Of a stretch of 64,000 bases of DNA, positions 58,203 through 64,000 are shown piece after piece. Each line of letters opens with the position of its first letter. Positions within the stretch are counted from its first letter, which is position 1. Source of the stretch: an uncultured Candidatus Binatia bacterium (GTDB taxonomy: Bacteria; Desulfobacterota; Binatia; Bin18); contig OZ243961.1 in NCBI GenBank assembly GCA_965214605.1, positions 2,112,001-2,176,000 on the forward strand, written 5' to 3'. Under the pieces are notes generated by a model. The model saw nothing but the letters and a program-made list of their open reading frames with translations, was not told the DNA's origin and ran no database searches. The position numbers and the translations under genes were made by a program.

Positions 58203-59291
58203 ATGGCCGAAATGGGTGTTGAAACGGACGTACTCAATTTTATTGCCGTCCCTGAGGGCAGAGATTTTAACGCGTTGGCGCTAACCGTTTTTGCTCATCA
58301 GTTCGAGCGCAACAAGCCGTATCAACGCTTTTGCGTCGCCCGGGGCGCCAACCCTGATCGCGTCACCCGCTGGCAGGATATCCCGGCTGTGCCGACCGTT
58401 GCATTTAAAGAGTTGGATCTCAGCTGTGGTCCACCCCAAAAGATTTTTCGGACCAGCGGCACCACCCGCGGCCAGGACAAACGGGGCCGTCATCTGGTCC
58501 CCGACCTACGTCTGTATCACGCCTCGGCCCTGGCCCATTTCGATCAGTGTGTCGTGCCCGACGGTAGGCAGCTGCGGGTATTGGCCCTTATTCCTTCCCT
58601 GTCCGTCCGCCCGGATTCCTCGCTCAGCCAGATGGCAGAGTGGATTATCGCTGAACGAGGTGAACCGGGCAGCCAATTTTTTATTGACTCCACTGGTATT
58701 CAGCTCGAGTCCTTTGCCGCCGCCCTAACCCAGGCCCAAGCCGAGGGCAGCCCAGTCTGTATTCTGGCCATCACCGCTGCTCTGGTGGCCTTCTTCGACT
58801 GGTGTGCCCGCCAGCAGACCGCCTTCGCCTTGCCCGCCAGCAGCCGCGTCATGGACACCGGCGGCGATAAAGGTCAGCGACGACCGCTGTCTCGGAAGGG
58901 GCTTTTTCACGCCTGCTGGAAGTATCTGAAAGTCGCCGGCTACTCCTGTATCAATGAATATGGCATGACCGAGATGGCCTCACAGTTTTATGACAATGTG
59001 TTGTATAACCGATTTTATCACGGGAACGAGCCACGCTATAAAATCGGGCCGGCCTGGACCCGCACCCTCGTGGTCGACCCGGACAGCCTCCAAGCAGTCC
59101 CGCTGGGTCAGCCCGGCGTCCTCCGCCACTTTGACCTGGCCAACTGTGGATCGGTCATGGCGATTCAGACCGATGATGTCGGCCATCTGACGCGAGCCGG
59201 ATTCGAGTTGAACGGCCGCATCCCGGGCACTGAGGCACGCGGGTGTGCCTTGGCCTTGGACGAGTTTTTAGCCACGCTGGACAAGAGCTAA
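58203..59291 (+). CDS. luxE: LuxE-family acyl-protein synthetase
   Basis: FAHQF..N..Y, IPAVPTVAFK, FRTSGTT, SSL..M, TGG.KG, NEYGMTEMASQ.Y, DLAN.GSV.AIQTDD.G, GR..G.EARGC. Confidence 0.85.
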   Translation: MAEMGVETDVLNFIAVPEGRDFNALALTVFAHQFERNKPYQRFCVARGANPDRVTRWQDIPAVPTVAFKELDLSCGPPQKIFRTSGTTRGQDKRGRHLVPDLRLYHASALAHFDQCVVPDGRQLRVLALIPSLSVRPDSSLSQMAEWIIAERGEPGSQFFIDSTGIQLESFAAALTQAQAEGSPVCILAITAALVAFFDWCARQQTAFALPASSRVMDTGGDKGQRRPLSRKGLFHACWKYLKVAGYSCINEYGMTEMASQFYDNVLYNRFYHGNEPRYKIGPAWTRTLVVDPDSLQAVPLGQPGVLRHFDLANCGSVMAIQTDDVGHLTRAGFELNGRIPGTEARGCALALDEFLATLDKS

Positions 59292-59326
59292 CACAACCAA
59301 GCCGCCGCTGTGGCGTTTGACTGCCT

Positions 59327-60619
59327 ATGGCCGCCCTCACGCCCGACTCCCTACGTACCATTATCAACGGCCTGTTAGCCGCCCGAGAACGCTCCCTCGT
59401 CCGGCGTCCGGTCCACGAGATCCTAACCAGTATTGACGCGCTTGCGGCTAGCTTTCTTGACCCCAACTCAAGCGAACGCCGACATGCCGAGGCGCTCCTG
59501 TCCGCAGAAAGCGGACTCTCGCCGAAGATGGCCCGGCATAGCCTGCCGCTTATTTTCCAGGAGTATCGGTCCGAGCGTTTACACGGTCTTTTGGCCGCTG
59601 AACTCGGCACCAGCGCCGTCCTCGACCGGGTTGAGAACGGTCTCCGAGCCTGGGGACCGCGCTTGATGACCCACGTCCTAGCAGGCAATCTTCCCGGTGC
59701 AGGCCTGGATAACATCGTCTTCTCGCTGTTGGTGAAATCAGCCACGTTAGCGAAAGCCGCCTCCTCAGGCGCCGGCTTGCAACGGCTGTTCGCCCACATT
59801 TTGCGTCAGCATGATCCCGAGCTCGGCGCCTGTCTAGCCCTGGTCAGCTGGCCAGGCGGCAAGGCAGAGCTTGAGAATATTGCGTTTTCCGAGGCTGGGC
59901 TGGTTGTGGCCTCGGGTTCGGACGAAAGTTTGGCAGCGATTCGTCAGCGCGTTTCAGGGCGATTCATCGGTTACGGCCATAAACTGAGCCTGAGTCTCAT
60001 CACCCACGACGCCCTCGATCAGTCTCAAAAGTCGGCCGAGCGGGCGGCCTACGATGTGGTGCTGTTTGACCAACGCGGCTGTCTGTCCCCCCAGGTAGTG
60101 TATGTTGAAGACCACGGAGCGGTCTCACCAAAGGTGTTTGCTACGCTGTTGGCAGAAGCGCTCGCAGACTGGCAGACTCGCTTACCCCGGGGGCGGATCA
60201 GTCCGGCGGTCAGCACCCAGATACGGCGAGTGCGAGACGAGGCCGAATGGCAGGCTCTGAGTGGCAAAGACGTTGTCCTCCACTCCAGCCCACGGGGAAC
60301 GGAGTGGACGGTGATCTATGAGGCCGATCCGACGTTTGCACCTGGACCGCTCTACCGAACGGTTCGGGTCAAACCGCTCGTCGGGCTCGAGCAGCTCGCC
60401 ACGCTGCTCGAGCCGTGGCGGCCGTATCTCGAAGCGGTCGGGACTGTCGTGCCGAGCGAGGTCCGTCGCCGCCAGACGCTGCTGGAGGTCCTGGCCAACA
60501 GCGGGGTGAGTCGCATCTGTCCGCTCGGCACAATGCAGATTCCGCCGCTCAGCTGGCGACACGGTGGCCGACCCCGGCTGGCTGAGCTGGTCCGCTGGAT
60601 GACAAGCGATCTGGGCTGA
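59327..60619 (+). CDS. luxC: LuxC-family acyl-CoA/acyl-protein reductase
   Basis: HVLAGNLP, VVASGSDES, GYGHKLS, AAYDVVLFDQRGCLSPQ (catalytic Cys), RICPLGTMQ.P..W.HGG. Confidence 0.85.
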   Translation: MAALTPDSLRTIINGLLAARERSLVRRPVHEILTSIDALAASFLDPNSSERRHAEALLSAESGLSPKMARHSLPLIFQEYRSERLHGLLAAELGTSAVLDRVENGLRAWGPRLMTHVLAGNLPGAGLDNIVFSLLVKSATLAKAASSGAGLQRLFAHILRQHDPELGACLALVSWPGGKAELENIAFSEAGLVVASGSDESLAAIRQRVSGRFIGYGHKLSLSLITHDALDQSQKSAERAAYDVVLFDQRGCLSPQVVYVEDHGAVSPKVFATLLAEALADWQTRLPRGRISPAVSTQIRRVRDEAEWQALSGKDVVLHSSPRGTEWTVIYEADPTFAPGPLYRTVRVKPLVGLEQLATLLEPWRPYLEAVGTVVPSEVRRRQTLLEVLANSGVSRICPLGTMQIPPLSWRHGGRPRLAELVRWMTSDLG

Positions 60620-60670
60620 GGCAGACGCCCTATTTGCCCACGCCATACGCCTGATCTATGCTTTGCCCCT

Positions 60671-61879
60671 ATGAGCACCCTAAGTGACGATTTCCTGCGT
60701 TTTGTGTGTCAAACCTCGCCCGAACCTATGGGTATCGAGGTCGCCTCAGCCCACGGCTGCGTGGTAGTCGACACAACTGGCCGCGAGTATCTGGACCTGC
60801 TGTCCGGCATCGGTGTTGCCAGTATCGGTCATACTCATCCGGCCGTGGTACAGGCTGTCCAAGACCAGGCCGCCCATTATCTGCATACCATGGTCTACGG
60901 AGAATACATCCAGGAGCCCCAGGTACGGCTGGCGGGTCGCTTGGCCGAGATTGCGCCTGACTCGCTGTCGGTCTCCTATTTTACCAACAGTGGAACCGAA
61001 GCAGTGGAAGGCGCTCTCAAAACCGCCCGCAAATATACCAGCCGTTCACACCTCGTCAGTTTTGTAGGCAGCTTCCACGGCGATACCCTCGGCTCAGTCT
61101 CCGTGGGCGGCAATCCAACGTACCGCGTCCCGTTTGAACCGCTGCTCCCGACGGTGACGTTTTTAGCTTTTAACGATAGGCAGGCGCTCAGCGCGATTGA
61201 CGACAGCGTCGCTGCCGTCATTATCGAACCGATTCAGGGCGAAGGCGGCGTACAGATTCCGGATACCGCATTTCTGCCGGCCCTGCGTCAACGCTGCTCC
61301 GAGGTCGGCGCAGTGCTGATCTTCGACGAAGTCATCACCGGTTTTGGACGGACAGGAAAAGTCTTTGCCGCCGAACACTGGCAGGTCAGCCCCGATATCC
61401 TGGTGTTGGCCAAAGCGTTAGGAGGAGGCATGCCGCTCGGAGCATTTATGAGTAGACCGGAGATCTTGCAAACCCTGTCGACCGATCCACCCCTGGCCCA
61501 CGTGACAACATTCGGCGGACATCCGGTGTGCTGTGCGGCCGGACTGGCTGCTCTGGACGTCATGTTTGCAGAGCGGCTTCCCCAGCGGGCCCAGGAAAAA
61601 GGACACGAGTTCGTGGCGAAACTGCACGCCCTGGTTGGTCGCGGCGGGCTGACCGGAGTCCGGGGCCGGGGCTTACTCATCGGACTTGACTTTAGCGATC
61701 CCGGGACAACGCGACGTTTCGTCAAGCGGTGTTTTACCGACGGTCTGGTGCTAGGTTGGACGCTGCACGACGATAGCGTCGTGCGCTTAGCTCCACCATT
61801 AATCATCTCGTCGGCCGAGATTACTCAGGCGATTGAGGTCATGGGTAGAGCGCTTGATGGCGGCTCAAGGTCATTATAA
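60671..61879 (+). CDS. Class III PLP aminotransferase (ArgD/OAT-like)
   Basis: YLDLLSGIG...GH.HP, NSGTEAVEGALK, SFHG, EPIQGEGG, FDEVITGFGRTG, AKALGGGMP, TTFGG. Confidence 0.92.
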   Translation: MSTLSDDFLRFVCQTSPEPMGIEVASAHGCVVVDTTGREYLDLLSGIGVASIGHTHPAVVQAVQDQAAHYLHTMVYGEYIQEPQVRLAGRLAEIAPDSLSVSYFTNSGTEAVEGALKTARKYTSRSHLVSFVGSFHGDTLGSVSVGGNPTYRVPFEPLLPTVTFLAFNDRQALSAIDDSVAAVIIEPIQGEGGVQIPDTAFLPALRQRCSEVGAVLIFDEVITGFGRTGKVFAAEHWQVSPDILVLAKALGGGMPLGAFMSRPEILQTLSTDPPLAHVTTFGGHPVCCAAGLAALDVMFAERLPQRAQEKGHEFVAKLHALVGRGGLTGVRGRGLLIGLDFSDPGTTRRFVKRCFTDGLVLGWTLHDDSVVRLAPPLIISSAEITQAIEVMGRALDGGSRSL

Positions 61880-61884
61880 CCCGG

Positions 61885-62325
61885 TCATGGCTCAATTTTC
61901 CCCCAGGCATTCACCTTGGTGGGGGTAATGCGCACCATATCGTTGCGCTCAATGCGCAGGTCCATCGCTCGGTACTGCGGGTAGCGCTCACGCAGTAAGG
62001 CGAGGGCCTGGTCGTATTCGGTTCGCTCCTCAACCATGGCGGCCGTACCCCGTACCATCACATACGCTAGCCGGGTCCAGTCATCGGCGTAATCGTCAAC
62101 CACCAGCGCTACCCTGGGATTCTCCAACATATTCTGAATTCGCTTGAGCGGTTTCCCTGTGTGGCGCTTCGGCTTTTGATCGACCACAAAGTAGAAGTGT
62201 TGGCCGTTATAGGCATAACAAAACGGGATCACGTGTGGCTCACCATCCTGACCGGCCGTTGCCAGCCGCGCTACCTTGTGGGCGTCAAGAAAGCGCCGTA
62301 CGGGTTCTGCAATCAGCTGGGACAT
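61885..62325 (-). CDS. PPOX-class (probably F420-dependent) oxidoreductase
   Basis: VARLAT...G.PHVIP, VDQKPK, LKRIQN..ENPRVALVVDDY.DDW..L. Confidence 0.88.
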   Translation of the reverse strand: MSQLIAEPVRRFLDAHKVARLATAGQDGEPHVIPFCYAYNGQHFYFVVDQKPKRHTGKPLKRIQNMLENPRVALVVDDYADDWTRLAYVMVRGTAAMVEERTEYDQALALLRERYPQYRAMDLRIERNDMVRITPTKVNAWGKIEP

Positions 62326-62326
62326 A

Positions 62327-63397
62327 TTAGACTGCCACGTCGGGCCCTGGGGTCAACGAGGGCGTTGACCGCTTCTGAGACGGGGAGCGATCGTTACCGA
62401 CATTGGTGTGGCCCTCAAACGTCTCCTGGGCTTCCCGATAGAGGACCTCGGCTTGGCCCGAGTAGCGGGAGGAAAAGTGAAAGACGACCAGCTTCTTGAC
62501 CTGTGCCGCTCGCCCTAGCAGACCGGCCTGGTGGGCTGTCAGATGGTGGCGTCGGGTTGCCTGCCCGTGGTCGGCATTCAGAAAGGGCGCCTCGCAGAAA
62601 AACACATCCGCCCCACGGACCAAGTCAGTAATACGGGCCACGTTGTCCGGGCTGTACAGCGTATCAACCACGTAGGCGAGCTTGTGTCCCGGGCTCTGTT
62701 TGACCAAACGGCCACGCAGCTCTCCGAGCACGAAAGTCCGTCCATACTGGCGTCCGTCCTGCCGCCACTCAGCTTGAATGCAAAAATCGTCCGGCCGCTC
62801 GGCGCGCACCGCGCGTTTCAGCTCAGACAGCCACGGCCCAGGGCCGACTCCGAGTTCGGCCAAAACAGCGGTATCCACATTCAGGTGGGTTTCTTCCTCT
62901 AGAGCGAAGGCCAAAGAGGCGATCCGGTGATCGAGGTGCGTGGTCCGTACGCAAAATCCGGTTTCCTCCACGAGTGTCCCGGCAAACGGCAGCGCAGGCA
63001 GCGGCCGAGGGATAAAACCCGTCGCTGCTTCAAAACGTGCTCGCTGCATGGTCTGCTGTCCGACTTCCGTCACTTCGAGGGTAAAATCGTAACCATCGGT
63101 CAGGTTCCAGGTATAGCCCCGTAGTTTCCCGGCCACACACGTCAGAACTCCCGGTGGCCCAAACAGGTGGAGTGTCTTCTTCCGAGATAAACACACTCGC
63201 AAAAGACGATCAAAGCCAATGAAGTGATCCATGTGACAGTGAGAGACAAACACATGGCTCAGCCGCAGTACTTCGGCGGTCGCTAGGGCGTCATTATGGC
63301 CCAGGTCAAACACCACCGCCCGCCCCTGCAAAGGCAGATGAATATAGAGGCCGGGGTCACCAAACGGTCCATTCACAAGGCGTGCAATGGGGCTCAT
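62327..63397 (-). CDS. rnz: Ribonuclease Z-like metallo-beta-lactamase
   Basis: LVNGPFGDPGLY, SHCHMDHFIG, LDH.I, YVVDT, CEA.F, HLTA, HFS.RY; ATG at 63397. Confidence 0.82.
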   Translation of the reverse strand: MSPIARLVNGPFGDPGLYIHLPLQGRAVVFDLGHNDALATAEVLRLSHVFVSHCHMDHFIGFDRLLRVCLSRKKTLHLFGPPGVLTCVAGKLRGYTWNLTDGYDFTLEVTEVGQQTMQRARFEAATGFIPRPLPALPFAGTLVEETGFCVRTTHLDHRIASLAFALEEETHLNVDTAVLAELGVGPGPWLSELKRAVRAERPDDFCIQAEWRQDGRQYGRTFVLGELRGRLVKQSPGHKLAYVVDTLYSPDNVARITDLVRGADVFFCEAPFLNADHGQATRRHHLTAHQAGLLGRAAQVKKLVVFHFSSRYSGQAEVLYREAQETFEGHTNVGNDRSPSQKRSTPSLTPGPDVAV

Positions 63398-63547
63398 GAC
63401 CAGAACATTATCCCGGCTCCCCAATCTCTTTGCAAGACGGTCTTTGGCAGTGCATGGGCAGGGACATTGACAGCACGGCGCGGGAACGCTAGCCAAGAGC
63501 ATATACAGGGGTCCTCTGTGTGAGAACCCGAGGGGGAGAACGTAGCT

Positions 63548-64000
63548 ATGGCCACCATGATTACTAGTGACTGCATTAACTGCGGAGCCTGTGAGCCAGA
63601 ATGCCCCAACACCGCCATCTACCAAGGCGGGGTTGACTGGGAGTTGAACGGCGCAGTCAGCTCCGCCATCTCAGACGACATCTTCTACATTGTCCCTCAG
63701 AAGTGCACCGAGTGTGTCGGCTTTTTTGACCAGGAAGCCTGTGCCGCGGTCTGTCCGGTCGACTGCTGCATTCCCAACCCGGATATTCCAGAAACGGAAG
63801 CGGTCTTGATCGCCCGTGCCAAAGAGCTCCACCCGGAAGAAAGCTTTGGGGACGATTTTCCGTCCCGCTTCAAAGGTGATCACTCCGCTGAACCAGTTGC
63901 CAAGCCAACCTCAGCTGTCGAGTCAGCCCCAGCTGCCGCTCCGCCACCCGTAGCCCCTGTCCCCGTCCCGGCGGCAGGCGCAGAGGCTTCAACACTCACC
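63548..64000 (+). CDS. YfhL-like 2x[4Fe-4S] ferredoxin with Ala/Pro-rich extension (3'-partial; absent from the ORF track)
   Basis: Read from sequence: MATMITSDCINCGACEPECPNTAIY...KCTECVGFFDQEACAAVCPVDCC; GGGGGAG RBS; no stop before the window end. Confidence 0.92.
   Translation, partial: MATMITSDCINCGACEPECPNTAIYQGGVDWELNGAVSSAISDDIFYIVPQKCTECVGFFDQEACAAVCPVDCCIPNPDIPETEAVLIARAKELHPEESFGDDFPSRFKGDHSAEPVAKPTSAVESAPAAAPPPVAPVPVPAAGAEASTLT

Noticed and set aside
42608-60619. Bioluminescence system (LLM gene plus luxE/luxC)
   Set aside because: The LLM gene is single, about 14 kb away and a generic flavin oxidoreductase; no luxAB pair, luxD or luxG
1-64000. tRNA, rRNA, CRISPR arrays, integrases, selenocysteine read-through
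   Set aside because: No cloverleaf or T-loop signature in intergenic DNA, no regularly spaced short repeats, no integrase or transposase motifs and no in-frame TGA at a redox motif were seen by eye; a tool scan could still find weak cases

Overview
Gene-dense bacterial chromosomal segment of moderate-to-high GC with about 60 CDS. I recognised no rRNA, tRNA, CRISPR array or transposase. The gene content is typical of Binatia/Deltaproteobacteria-like organisms, possibly a sponge-associated lineage (inference only). From left to right: the metH 3' end; a hydrolase/thiolase-like/DUF35/PHP/MaoC operon; a hopanoid locus (mlaA, mlaC/hpnM, hpnN, hpnK and convergent hpnL-hpnJ-hpnI) with an embedded phosphonate/sulfonate head-group module (split TPP decarboxylase, AEP-type aminotransferase, cytidylyltransferase, ArnT-like glycosyltransferase, membrane methyltransferase); apaG and HIT; a decayed SMP-30 pseudogene; an ethylmalonyl-CoA pathway cluster (meaB, ecm, epimerase, CoA-ester lyase, acyl-CoA dehydrogenase); assorted catabolic hydrolases and oxidoreductases including a redoxin-cold-shock-domain fusion and a GDSL autotransporter; a 7-kb region with three mosaic, near-identical copies of a GC-rich GT-C-like membrane protein gene produced by tandem duplication and deletion; a luxE-luxC-class III aminotransferase operon without luxAB; and PPOX, an RNase Z-like gene and a ferredoxin running off the right edge. 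The best candidates for undescribed biology are a phosphono-/sulfono-decorated hopanoid or lipid pathway, the diversifying membrane glycosyltransferase array with an unnamed two-cysteine C-terminal domain, and a LuxEC-transaminase fatty-amine pathway. All calls come from reading motifs by eye; no searches were run.
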